Assembly: GCA_963840855.1 (NCBI GenBank)
Contig: CAWJBB010000037.1
Span: forward strand, 1-22,022
Source of the DNA: an uncultured delta proteobacterium
GTDB taxonomy: Bacteria; Desulfobacterota; Binatia; UBA9968
Direction: 5' to 3'
DNA: 22,022 bases
The position numbers were made by a program, and so were the translations under genes. Within the stretch, counting starts at the first letter, position 1; each line of letters opens with the position of its first letter. Of this stretch, positions 1-8,900 are shown piece by piece. The notes under the pieces were generated by a model, which worked only from the letters and a program-made list of their open reading frames with translations, was not told the origin of the DNA and made no database searches.

Positions 1-118
1 TTGGTGACTCTGAAGTTCGTTACATAATTCAATCGTCATTCCGGGTTGACCCTCGCGCCCATGTGTCGCAATCCGCGAAAGCGCGCTGATGTTCTAACTT
101 TGTAACAAACTTTTCGAC

Positions 119-157
119 AAAAAAAGCACGGCACCGGAGTTCCCAGTGCCGTGCTTT
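119..157 (-). terminator. Rho-independent terminator of the cytochrome bc operon (possibly bidirectional)
   Basis: Minus strand reads AAAGCACGGCAC-TGG-GAACT-CCG-GTGCCGTGC-TTTTTTT: a GC-rich stem of at least 12 bp followed by U7, about 20 nt after the stop of 176..889. Confidence 0.85.
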
Positions 158-175
158 CGTACGCAGTGAATATTC

Positions 176-889
176 TTATTTGCCGGCCAACTCGAAATTA
201 GCCTTGGCGTCGTCCTTGGCTTTCACGGTAACCTTCTGGGTGCTTTTGCCGAGCTTTTCGTGCCAAACTTCAACGGTATATGAGCCTGCGGGCACGTCGG
301 TCAATTTAAAATTACCTGAATTGTCGGTCACCGCGAAGTATGGATTTGCCGTGGCTACGATCCACCCGGACATCCAGCCATGCACGTCGCATTTGACCTC
401 GAAGGTCTCGGGCTTTTCGATCTTTTGTTCCAGTGATTTTTTGAATTTCGGCTGTGCTATGTTAAAAGCGCTGTTGACTTTGCTATAGGAATGAATGTTG
501 TGCAAAATCCCGTCCGGATTCAAGATCTCCAAGGTGCTGCCTGCGGGAAGAGCCACCACGTGCGGTTTATACTCGCAGCCGTGCTGGTCCAAGGTGACCT
601 TTTTGGCCTCAACCGCTTTGCCTTTTTTAATATCGGTAATCGTAATGACGGCGTTGGCTAGATTGCCGTTGTTCACCACTAAAGACTGGTCTAGCTTGGG
701 CGTCTTGTCGCATACCTCTTTATCTTTTCCAACATCGAGTTTTTTCGGCGCCGGGGCGGTGCCTTTGAACTTGACCGTTCCGGAGATCGACCCACCGTCA
801 CTGACGGCGCCGCCTTGATATTGCGCCATGCCGCTTGCCGGCAAGGTCAAGATAGCCGCAGCGACAAATAACGAACGCATCGTATTCAT
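176..889 (-). CDS. Secreted cupredoxin-like / carboxypeptidase-regulatory-like domain protein
   Basis: RBS AAGGAGG; N-terminal signal peptide; LDQxGCxYxPHV motif; putative type-1 copper ligands H(NIH)...CDVHGWM; C-terminal beta-sandwich PYFAVTD..G.F.L.DVPAG.Y.VEVWHE.LG. Confidence 0.75.
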   Translation of the reverse strand: MNTMRSLFVAAAILTLPASGMAQYQGGAVSDGGSISGTVKFKGTAPAPKKLDVGKDKEVCDKTPKLDQSLVVNNGNLANAVITITDIKKGKAVEAKKVTLDQHGCEYKPHVVALPAGSTLEILNPDGILHNIHSYSKVNSAFNIAQPKFKKSLEQKIEKPETFEVKCDVHGWMSGWIVATANPYFAVTDNSGNFKLTDVPAGSYTVEVWHEKLGKSTQKVTVKAKDDAKANFELAGK

Positions 890-944
890 ACAATCCTCCT
901 TAATCCTATGGTTAATGGTTGGACGCTTTGAAGCAAGGTAATAT

Positions 945-3639
945 TCACCGCTTCGCTGGCTTGGCCTTGGCCGTATTCGCTGCCACTGCAGCAGCCACGG
1001 CGGGCGTCGCTCGGCCCAGCGTTAACAGATAGTCCCGCAGCGCTTCGATCTGCCGGTCATCCTTGCCGCCCAAAATATTGTCCGGGCCGCCCGGATAGAA
1101 CGACGGCATCTTGGTGCCCGGCTGAATTTTTTGCGGGTCTTTCAACCACTTCAAGATCCAGTTGGGGTTGAGCCGCTGGCGCGCCATGGCGAGATCCGGC
1201 GCCCAGCCTTCCGGTGGTCCTTCCGGATTCTTACCACCCTGCACGTGACAACTGAAGCAATTGAAATATTCCGGCGACGTCAATTGACGAGCAGCCTCGA
1301 GATTTTCCGGCGACATCGCTTTATCGTCGATATAAACAAAGGGCTGTTCCACCTTTGAAAGGCCGTTGAAATAATTGACCAGCTGCGTCGCATGCTCGTC
1401 GGAAAAACCGAAGGTCGGCATGCGAATTTGCAGCCAGGGCCGTAGCGGAATCGGCGCTTTCAAAAAATCGTAGAACCAGTTCGATTGTACCTTTTCGCCC
1501 TCGCCGTTCAAAGGCGGCGGCGCCGCCGCGGGATTCTCGTAGTATTTTTTTACGAAGCCGCCGCGCTTCTCGATCTCATGGCAGCCGACGCAATTATACT
1601 GCTGCATGAGCCGGCGTCCTTCGACCACCTGTTGGACTCTGAGCCCCTGATCCGCAAGATAGCGGTGGCCGACTTTTCGCTCCCGGAATCCGCCCAGCAA
1701 AATTCTGAGCGCCTTGATATCCTCGTCCGCCAGGTCGAACTGCGGCATCAACTGTTCAACACGCTCCGTGGCGTAACCCCGCGGCGTCTTGAGCTTGTGG
1801 TACGTCCAGTCATCCCAGGTATGAGCGATGTCCGTGCGGTTGCCGAACGCCAGCTCTTCCACGGTCTTGGAACCGAAGGTCGTCAGCTCAGCGCCGATGC
1901 GCGATTCCTTTTCCATTCCCTTGATATCGTGGCAACCGAAGCAGCCCAATTTGCGCACCAGGGACTCGCCGCGCTTGATATTCTCCGGATCGGCAAGTTT
2001 TTCTTGGATCCCCGTGATCTCCTCGCCCTTCGAACCCAGCGTCGTCAGGTAGGTTGTAATCGCCAGCGCTTCGTCGTCGGTCAGGCGCAAGCTGGGCATT
2101 TTCGTATCCGGCTGATAGTCACGCGGGTTCCTGATCCAATGGTAAATCCACTGAGCGCCGGTCTTGGCCGAGATGTCTTTGAGATTGGGAACAAGATCCT
2201 TCCCCTTGCCCAGGGGCGTGCTGAATTCCCCGTCGGCGAAGCCGTGGCAGCCCTTGCAGCCGATGGTCTCAACGAGCGTTTTGCCGCGCGCCGCCAGACT
2301 GGCGTCCCCTTCGCGAAATCCGGCCGGCAGCGCATGCTCTTGCAACCACTTATCGCCCTCTTCCTTAGCCGAGGACCAGACGATACGCCGCGATGGCGAC
2401 GGCGTCTTCTGGCTTGAGTTCGAAATTAGGCATGCGCGTGCGCGGGCGAAATTTATGCGGGTTTTCGATCCAGCGCACCATCCAGCTAGGATCAGCCTTC
2501 GCGCTGATCTTGCGCAAGCTCGGGGCAATTTTGGGGATATTTTCGTAACCCTTTACGAGATGGCAGCCAGTGCAACCGATCTGTTCGAAAAGCCGCTGGC
2601 CTTCGGTGAGCAATGGCGCGTACTCTTCAAACTTTTGCGCGTCCAGGTGACATGACGTGCAGCTCGACTGGGATTTCGCTCCCCGGAGCAGCGGAAACTC
2701 CCACAGATGCACTTCACCATGCGCCTGTTTGGCGCTGTTGACCGCCACGCCTTGCCCTTCATGGCAACCCGTACAGCCAAGTTTTTCCGGCGCATGGGCG
2801 TTGTCGGCGAGATAAACTTCGCGGCGCGGATGGGTTTTGAAGGGATTCGGCTGGTCTTCGAACCCCGCCCGGTTGATCGCCAGGTGGCAGGTCTGGCAGC
2901 GATCCACGCGCGCGACGGGCTGGTCGAAACGATTGCGGTCGAATTCATCCATCGACACCTGCTGAATCTTGGGTACCTTGTAAAAAGTAACGGGGCCGAG
3001 CTTGAGCGTCACGTTGGCCATCACCCGCTGCCACTTGTCGCGCTCGGCGGTGAGCTTGGCCATTTCGTTTTCGACTTCCTTGGTGCTGGAATTGATTTTT
3101 TTGATTTCCTCTCTCAGCGCGTCGCGTTTCTTGCGCGCGGCCTCGAGCACCGGATCGAGCTTGGCTTGTTCCTTTTCCAGCTCACGGATCTGATCTAGGT
3201 AGGGCTTTGGATTTCGCTGCTGCTGGACGGCGTGGTCATACTCGTACCAAAGCTCTTCCATCTCGCTCTTGATAAACTTGATTTCCTGGTCGATTTCATT
3301 AAAGCGAACCGAGGCATCGTCTTCCTGCGACTTGAGAACTGCGAGTTTTTTTGCCAACTCGCCCTTCTCCAAACTCGACTTCGCTTCCTCGAGTTTCTTG
3401 GAGAGAGCCTGGTAGTTGGCGTCGGCCTGAAGCTTCTTCTGCTCCTCGTCGTAAGCCGCATGGGCCTTCTGGTAATCGAGCCGGTAAAAGCGATATTGGA
3501 TTCCTTTCCACGGACGACGGGTAATATTGTCGTCCCAAAAGGCCCATATCGACATAACCACTAATAAGGCGCTGCCGATAAGGAAGATGCTGCCATAGGA
3601 TTTTTTCTCTTCCTTCTCGTCGATTCCTCGTTCCGCCAT
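945..3639 (-). CDS. Membrane-anchored octaheme cytochrome c subunit of the Rieske/cytochrome b complex (about 897 aa; +1 frameshift at about 2381 joins ORFs 2365..3702 and 945..2528)
   Basis: ATG at 3639 with AGGGAG RBS; N-terminal TM helix; long coiled coil; eight CxxCH motifs (CQTCH, CTGCH, CTSCH, CTGCH, CKGCH, CFGCH, CVGCH, CFSCH). Removing one base in TATCGTCTGG restores AIAAY(L/V)WSSAKEEG. Confidence 0.85.
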
Positions 3640-3649
3640 CCCGACTCCC

Positions 3650-3817
3650 TTATGCGGCCTTGCGCTCCAGCGCGCGGCCCAAAGAAAAAACCCCGAGCCC
3701 AATCAAGGTCAGCACGATCTCTTCCGCCATCGAAGACTTTTCCGCGATGCCGGCGAACAGGGCATAACCCACGTCGGCCAAGCCCAGCCCTTGGAGGATC
3801 TTAGCCAGGTAAAACAT
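3650..3817 (-). CDS. 55-aa two-TM membrane protein (MFYLAKILQGLGLADVGYALFAG...ERKAA), possible small subunit of the bc complex
   Basis: ATG at 3817 overlaps the upstream stop (TGATG), implying translational coupling; two hydrophobic segments; stop lies just before the RBS of the cytochrome c gene. Confidence 0.7.
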   Translation of the reverse strand: MFYLAKILQGLGLADVGYALFAGIAEKSSMAEEIVLTLIGLGVFSLGRALERKAA

Positions 3818-4584
3818 CAGACGTTGATCCAGGGGGTCACTAAGATATATTTTACGTTGAACACAAGTCGCAAAAACATCTTGGCGGGAAGCGACAGCAT
3901 CAAGACGAACAATGCGGCGGTGATCGTAAAGCGCACCATGCCCCATCTCTCGAGAAACTCCCTGCCCTTGACCTTTAGCACCCACAGATAAAACGCCGCC
4001 ACCCCAGCGACAAAGTACAGGACGATTACGAACAAGCCGAAAGCCGCTGACAACCAGTAGTCTCTCAGGCCAAATAGATACGGCAAATCCACGTTGGTCA
4101 GCGCGACCACTTTATGGGGGTCCCAACGCTGCCATGGCCAGAACAAGTTCCAGCCGGGGCCGCGGAAAAAAGTCCCGATGATAATCATCGTTACCCAGAG
4201 AATATGAAAGCCCAAAACGAAAGTGAGGATTTCGTATTTCCTCTCCTTAAAGCAGTAATAGCCGTTGCCTTTGGGATTGGTATCGATGAATGGAATCACC
4301 ATCAGGCCGACGATGATCAGGCTCGGCAAGACGACACCCGCGTGCCACGGGTCGAAGTAGACGAGCATTTCTTGCAGGCCGAGAAAGTACCAAGGCGCCT
4401 TGGAGGGATTGGGCGTCCGCGTCGGATTGGCCGGCTCTTCGAGCGGCGCGTCGATGGTGATCGACCAGAGGGTCAGAACCACGGTTACGAACAGCGCGAC
4501 CAGAAACTCGCCGCGCACTAAATGGGGCCAGGTGTGAACTTTGTCGTCGACGGGTAACTTTCTTTCGCGGGTTGCCTCTGCCAT
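3817..4584 (-). CDS. petD: Cytochrome b6 subunit IV-like protein (cytochrome b C-terminal part, PetD/QcrC-like)
   Basis: TWPHL..EF, APLEEPANPxxTPNPxKAPWYF (PEWY-equivalent Qo motif), PFID motif and several TM helices; ATG at 4584 with GAGG RBS. Confidence 0.8.
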   Translation of the reverse strand: MAEATRERKLPVDDKVHTWPHLVRGEFLVALFVTVVLTLWSITIDAPLEEPANPTRTPNPSKAPWYFLGLQEMLVYFDPWHAGVVLPSLIIVGLMVIPFIDTNPKGNGYYCFKERKYEILTFVLGFHILWVTMIIIGTFFRGPGWNLFWPWQRWDPHKVVALTNVDLPYLFGLRDYWLSAAFGLFVIVLYFVAGVAAFYLWVLKVKGREFLERWGMVRFTITAALFVLMLSLPAKMFLRLVFNVKYILVTPWINV

Positions 4585-4608
4585 CTTATTGCCTCGTTTT
4601 CGATTCAA

Positions 4609-5385
4609 CTAGAGGGACGGCCCCGAGAAGCCGTCTCTGCGGATGCGCCAGAAGTGCACCGCCATGAGAATGCTTGCGACTAGCGGTATGAAAATACAGT
4701 GCAGAATGTAGAACCTGAGCAGCGTATGCGGCCCGATTTCGCCGCCGCCGAACAGGAACGCGCGGGCGTCATAGATCGGGTTGGCGCCGACGAAATCGGC
4801 GAACGGACCTTCATAACCCAAAAGCGGCGTGGCGCGCGCCATGTTGGAACCGACGGTGACGGCCCAGATGGCGAGCTGGTCCCAGGGCAAGAGGTAACCC
4901 GTAAAGCTCAAGAGCAAGGTCAGCACCAGCAACAACACGCCGACGATCCAGTTAAATTCCCGCGGCGGCTTGTACGAGCCGGTCAGAAACACGCGGAACA
5001 TATGCAGCCACACGAACACGACCATGGCATGGGCCGCCCAGCGGTGCATGTTGCGCATGAGCATGCCGAAGGGCATGTCGAACTCGAGATATTTCATATC
5101 CGCGTAGGCGTACTCCGCCACTGGCCGGTAGTAAAACATCAAGTAAACACCGGTCACAACGGTGACTAAAAACATCAGAAACGTGAGCCCGCCCATGCAC
5201 CAGGTAAAGCGCATGCGCACCGCGTGGCGCCGGACTTTGGCGGGGTGGAGGTGGAGGAAAACATTCGCGGTCACCATCATGACGCGGTTGCGCGGCGTGT
5301 CATCGTAGCCGTGACGAAAGATCGCTTTCCAGACCTGACTCTCGACGATATCGCTTTTGATTTTCTCTAGGACCTTATTTGCCAT
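4609..5385 (-). CDS. petB: Cytochrome b6-type subunit (N-terminal cytochrome b, four TM helices)
   Basis: WCMGG (heme ci Cys position), MFYYRP, RNMHRWAAH...LHMFRVF..GSYKPPREFNW, TGYLLPWDQ.A.WA, and LRFYILH-x14-HF (b6-type His spacing). Confidence 0.92.
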   Translation of the reverse strand: MANKVLEKIKSDIVESQVWKAIFRHGYDDTPRNRVMMVTANVFLHLHPAKVRRHAVRMRFTWCMGGLTFLMFLVTVVTGVYLMFYYRPVAEYAYADMKYLEFDMPFGMLMRNMHRWAAHAMVVFVWLHMFRVFLTGSYKPPREFNWIVGVLLLVLTLLLSFTGYLLPWDQLAIWAVTVGSNMARATPLLGYEGPFADFVGANPIYDARAFLFGGGEIGPHTLLRFYILHCIFIPLVASILMAVHFWRIRRDGFSGPSL

Positions 5386-5398
5386 AAACAGTCTTTCG

Positions 5399-5911
5399 TT
5401 AGGCTTTCAAAATGCTTTCGGGGTGTTGCTCGTCGGGCTCGGCGTTGGGATTCATCTTGAAGACTTGTCCTTTGTCGACGACCAGTTGCCCATCTTCGCC
5501 AACGGCGATTTTGAAGCGGTCAAGCGGCCGCGGCGCCGGCCCCTCGAAGTTCAAGCCGGATTTAAAGAAGCCGCTACCGTGGCAGGGACATTTAAACTTG
5601 TTCTCAGTGGTAAGCCAGCGTGGCGTGCATCCCAAATGGGTGCACTTGGCGAAAATAGCGTAGACGCCGGCTTCCTCGCGGATGATCCAGACCCGCTGGT
5701 CTTGTTTGTATTTTTCGCTGACTTCGCCAATGGCGTAGTCGGAAATGAGCCCGGCTTTGAACGTTGACGGCGGCTGGAAAAGTACCCGTGGAAACGCCGA
5801 CCGGAGAAATCCAAGGAGACCCAACCCGCCGAAGATTCCGACCCCTCCCCAACCCATGCGAGTAAAGAAGTCTCTACGCGACCAGATGCCTCGTTTTTCC
5901 TTTTCTGCCAT
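5399..5911 (-). CDS. petC: Rieske 2Fe-2S subunit of the cytochrome bc/b6 complex
   Basis: Tat motif SRRDFF plus TM helix; CTHLGC and CPCHGS boxes; GPAPRPL. Confidence 0.93.
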   Translation of the reverse strand: MAEKEKRGIWSRRDFFTRMGWGGVGIFGGLGLLGFLRSAFPRVLFQPPSTFKAGLISDYAIGEVSEKYKQDQRVWIIREEAGVYAIFAKCTHLGCTPRWLTTENKFKCPCHGSGFFKSGLNFEGPAPRPLDRFKIAVGEDGQLVVDKGQVFKMNPNAEPDEQHPESILKA

Positions 5912-5917
5912 GCTCGG

Positions 5918-6268
5918 TTATCCCTTGATCCAGCTAATCAAAGCGCCCCAAACGATAAAGATCAATCCGCCCAACATTAGAACTAACCCAATCGGACCGA
6001 AAACAAATGACAAGCCGGCTCCTAAACAAAATATCAAGACTCCCGTACCCAGTGGATTGAATGGAGCGGGAGCCGATCCCTTTTTCTGAGAATCGCCCTC
6101 GCCTACATAAACGAACTCCTCGCGAATCAGTGCGAACGCCAGCTCCTTGAGGTCTTCACGTCGCTCTGGGTCGGCGCCCTGGATCAGACGGCCAAGCTCT
6201 TGAGCTAACCTTTCGATCTCTTGTTCGCGCGCTTCGGGCGCTAGATTGGGAGGATCAGGTTCCACCAA
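5918..6268 (-). CDS. Hypothetical membrane protein (N-terminal helical domain, two C-terminal TM helices)
   Basis: 116-aa ORF ending 6 nt before the Rieske ATG; start codon uncertain (TTG 6268 or GTG 6265). Confidence 0.65.
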   Translation of the reverse strand: MVEPDPPNLAPEAREQEIERLAQELGRLIQGADPERREDLKELAFALIREEFVYVGEGDSQKKGSAPAPFNPLGTGVLIFCLGAGLSFVFGPIGLVLMLGGLIFIVWGALISWIKG

Positions 6269-6332
6269 AGATTAGAAAAATTGATTAGTATAGAATTGCA
6301 TGCTTGTCAACAAATCCGCCGCCACCGGAGCC

Positions 6333-6815
6333 CTATCGGCACAATAAAACCACCGCCGTTGCCGCCATGCCCTTGCCTTGTCCAACCCAGCCAAGTTTTT
6401 CGGTGGTGGTCGCTTTGATATTGATCCTGTTTTCGCCCACTTTTAAGCAACGCGCCACGTTTTTGCGCATCGTCGCATAGTGGCGCGCGACTTTAGGTTG
6501 TTGCGCCAACAGCGTCACATCCAGGTTGACCAGTTTGAAGCGTTTACGGCGCGTGATCTGGAGCACCCGGTCCAGCAACTTGCCGCTGGCGATACCTTTG
6601 TAACGCGCGTCCGTGTCGGGGAAATGCGCGCCGATATCTCCTTCCCCCATGGCGCCGAGAAGCGCGTTGATAATCGCGTGCAGCACGACGTCGGCATCCG
6701 AGTGGCCAGACAGACCCTTGCTATAGGGAATCTCGAGCCCCGCCAAGATCAGCTTGCGCCCGCGCACAAGGCGGTGGACGTCGAAGCCGTGTCCGATGCG
6801 AAAGACCCGCGCCAT
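6333..6815 (-). CDS. ispF: 2-C-methyl-D-erythritol 2,4-cyclodiphosphate synthase
   Basis: RIGHGFDVHRL, GHSDADVVLHAI..ALLGA.G.GDIG.HFPDTD, INIKATTTEKLG..G...G motifs. Confidence 0.96.
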   Translation of the reverse strand: MARVFRIGHGFDVHRLVRGRKLILAGLEIPYSKGLSGHSDADVVLHAIINALLGAMGEGDIGAHFPDTDARYKGIASGKLLDRVLQITRRKRFKLVNLDVTLLAQQPKVARHYATMRKNVARCLKVGENRINIKATTTEKLGWVGQGKGMAATAVVLLCR

Positions 6816-7054
6816 GTCTTAGAACCCCACTTTCATCACCGAGTTAGCGAGCGGCGGCACGGTGCGCGTCGCCCGGATATTGATCAATAATAGAAAAAAT
6901 AAAACCCGCCCCATGCGCCTCGCGCAGCGCAACAGCCGGGCTGACGGTGATCACCGTTGCATCATCACTCGAAGCGGCGCGACAATCAACTACGGCGATG
7001 CCACTCTGGTATCAGTCATATCCATAGGCTATACTTCTTCCACTTCGAGCGACG

Positions 7055-7801
7055 ATGCTTGTTCGCATATTACTTTTCTTTTTGCTCTTTCTCGCGGCTC
7101 TGCCGGTGTTCATGGTCGTTACCGGTCAGGCTCAGTTAGGCCGTGACTTTCGCCGGGCTGACCGCTCCAGCGCCGGTATCGCGCCACCCGCCGAAAACAC
7201 GCCGGAAGCCGTGGTGCAGGTTTACACTGCGCGGGCGCTCAACTGGCGCGGCATATTCGCTGTGCACTCCTGGGTCGCGACGAAACCGGAAAACGCCGAG
7301 ACATACACCGTGCATCAGGTCATCGGCTGGCGCGTCTATCGCGATCTTCCCGCCATGGTTTCGGCTCCGGGCACCCCGGATGGCCGCTGGTTCGGCAATG
7401 AACCATCGGTTATCGCCGAACTGCGCGGCCAAGCCGCGGCGCGCGCGATTCCCAAGATCATCGAAGCCGTGGCCAATTACCCCTATCCCAACGAATACAT
7501 GGTTTGGCCGGGCCCAAACAGCAATACCTTTGTCGCTTATATCGGCAAACAGGTGCCGGAGCTGCGCATGGATCTTCCCTCCACGGCGATCGGCAAAGAC
7601 TACCCAATCAACGGCTCGATCATCGACCGCGCTCCGAGCGGGACCGGCTACCAAGTATCGATGCTGGGTGTGCTCGGCATTACTTTGGCGCGGGAGGAAG
7701 GCGTCGAGCTGAATCTGCTCGGTTTGAATTTCGGCATCGATTTTTACAAACCCGCGCTCAAACTTCCCTTCGTCGGCCGCATCGGCGTCGGCGAACACTA
7801 G
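7055..7801 (+). CDS. DUF3750 domain-containing protein
   Basis: W..A.RSSAGIAP, AVVQVY.AR...WRGIFAVHSW, PDGRWFG, Y.VWPGPNSNTF and LP.TAIGKDY motifs; N-terminal hydrophobic segment. Confidence 0.8.
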   Translation: MLVRILLFFLLFLAALPVFMVVTGQAQLGRDFRRADRSSAGIAPPAENTPEAVVQVYTARALNWRGIFAVHSWVATKPENAETYTVHQVIGWRVYRDLPAMVSAPGTPDGRWFGNEPSVIAELRGQAAARAIPKIIEAVANYPYPNEYMVWPGPNSNTFVAYIGKQVPELRMDLPSTAIGKDYPINGSIIDRAPSGTGYQVSMLGVLGITLAREEGVELNLLGLNFGIDFYKPALKLPFVGRIGVGEH

Positions 7802-7875
7802 ACTCTATCTTCCAACCTGCATATTTCATAGCTCACTAGATAATGTCAGCCGAGGGAAAAGTCGCGACCTTTCGC

Positions 7876-7947
7876 GTTCAAAGTTCAACGTTCAAGGTCA
7901 ATGCGGTGGTACGCCCCCTGCACTCTTTCTACCTTGAACCTTGAACT
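7876..7947. repeat. Inverted heptamer (GTTCAAN) array forming a hairpin between convergent genes; probable bidirectional terminator or REP-like element
   Basis: AGTTCAACGTTCAAGG (7882-7897) pairs with CCTTGAACCTTGAACT (7932-7947) at 15 of 16 positions. Confidence 0.6.
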
Positions 7948-7951
7948 CGCA

Positions 7952-8746
7952 CTATTCGGCCATCGGCCAATAGCGGCCCTTCTTTCTGATGATTGTGAAT
8001 GAGACGCCGTATAGCTTTTCCAGGACATCGCCTTTGAGCACGGCGCTCGTGGTCCCGGCGTAGAGCATCTTGCCGTGGTGCAATACCAGCGTTTTTTTGA
8101 ACAACGGCAGGATTTCCTCGATATGGTGCGTGACGTAGATGAGGGAAGGAATTCTTTTCTGGCGGCCCAGAGTTTTCAAAGACGCCAGAAATTTTTCCCG
8201 CGCGCCGGGATCCATGCCGGCGCAAGGTTCGTCGAGCACGATGAGATAGGGCCTGGTCATGCGCGCGCGGGCGATCAACACCTTCTGCTGTTCGCCTTGA
8301 GAGAGAACTCCGAACGCTCGTTCGCGCAATTGGCCGCAGCCCATCTGATCAAGCAACTTGGCGGCGACACGATAATCGCCTTTCGTCGCGCTGCCACCGA
8401 AGGCTTCCATCAAGCCAATCTGCGCAAACTTTCCGGATACCACTGTGCGCAAAACCTTCTCGTTCGCCGGGATTTCCGGCGCGAGGCTCGACGTCACCCA
8501 ACCGATGCTTTTTCTTAGTTCGCGAAGGTTCGCCAGAACCTTGCCCCGCCGGCGTATCTCACCGCCCGCATTGGGCCAGAGGTAACCGCAGGCTAGTTTG
8601 ACAAGCGTTGTCTTTCCCGAGCCGTTGGGCCCCAGAATCGCCCAGTGCTCACCCGGCAGTACGGTCCAGTTGATGGAATGGAGAATCCGCTGGCCATTGG
8701 CAGCATAAGAAACGTCAAGCAGCTCGAGCGCCGGAGTTTTTTTCAT
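7952..8746 (-). CDS. Orphan ABC transporter ATP-binding protein (YlmA/ModF-like)
   Basis: GEHWAILGPNGSGKTT Walker A, LSQGEQQKVLIARA signature, LIVLDEP Walker B, YVTHH switch; ATG at 8746 preferred over the upstream TTG. Confidence 0.88.
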   Translation of the reverse strand: MKKTPALELLDVSYAANGQRILHSINWTVLPGEHWAILGPNGSGKTTLVKLACGYLWPNAGGEIRRRGKVLANLRELRKSIGWVTSSLAPEIPANEKVLRTVVSGKFAQIGLMEAFGGSATKGDYRVAAKLLDQMGCGQLRERAFGVLSQGEQQKVLIARARMTRPYLIVLDEPCAGMDPGAREKFLASLKTLGRQKRIPSLIYVTHHIEEILPLFKKTLVLHHGKMLYAGTTSAVLKGDVLEKLYGVSFTIIRKKGRYWPMAE

Positions 8747-8810
8747 GACCGAAGCACTAAAAGCGAATGGAAAGCGCGCGATTTGCAATCAGGCGGGGAC
8801 GGCACTTAAG

Positions 8811-8897
8811 ATTGGAGAGCTGGAGTACTGGAGTGTTGGAGCGATGGGTTATCCGAAACCCCACTAGTCCATTACTCCAATACTTCACCAACCCATT
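8811..8897. repeat. Inverted octamer (TGGAGTAN / NTACTCCA) intergenic repeat element
   Basis: TGGAGAGC-TGGAGTAC-TGGAGTGT-TGGAGCGA-TGGG followed by CCATTACTCCAATACTTCACCAACCCA; related half-elements at about 10098-10120 and 18107-18117. Confidence 0.6.
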
Positions 8898-8900
8898 CTT

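Noticed and set aside
1-27. Possible 3' end of a plus-strand gene (LVTLKFVT-stop)
   Set aside because: Too little sequence in the window to support a call.
6287-6310. TTGACA and TATACT upstream of the bc operon (minus strand)
   Set aside because: The spacer is only 12 bp; a promoter is likely in this AT-rich gap but cannot be placed.
6819-6914. 31-aa minus-strand ORF (MGRVLFFLLLINIR...) just upstream of ispF
   Set aside because: Short, with no clear RBS and no recognisable motif.
8811-8897. Short-period repeats as a possible CRISPR array or coding repeat
   Set aside because: Units are 7-8 bp with no unique spacers and no cas genes; they fit intergenic palindromic repeats.
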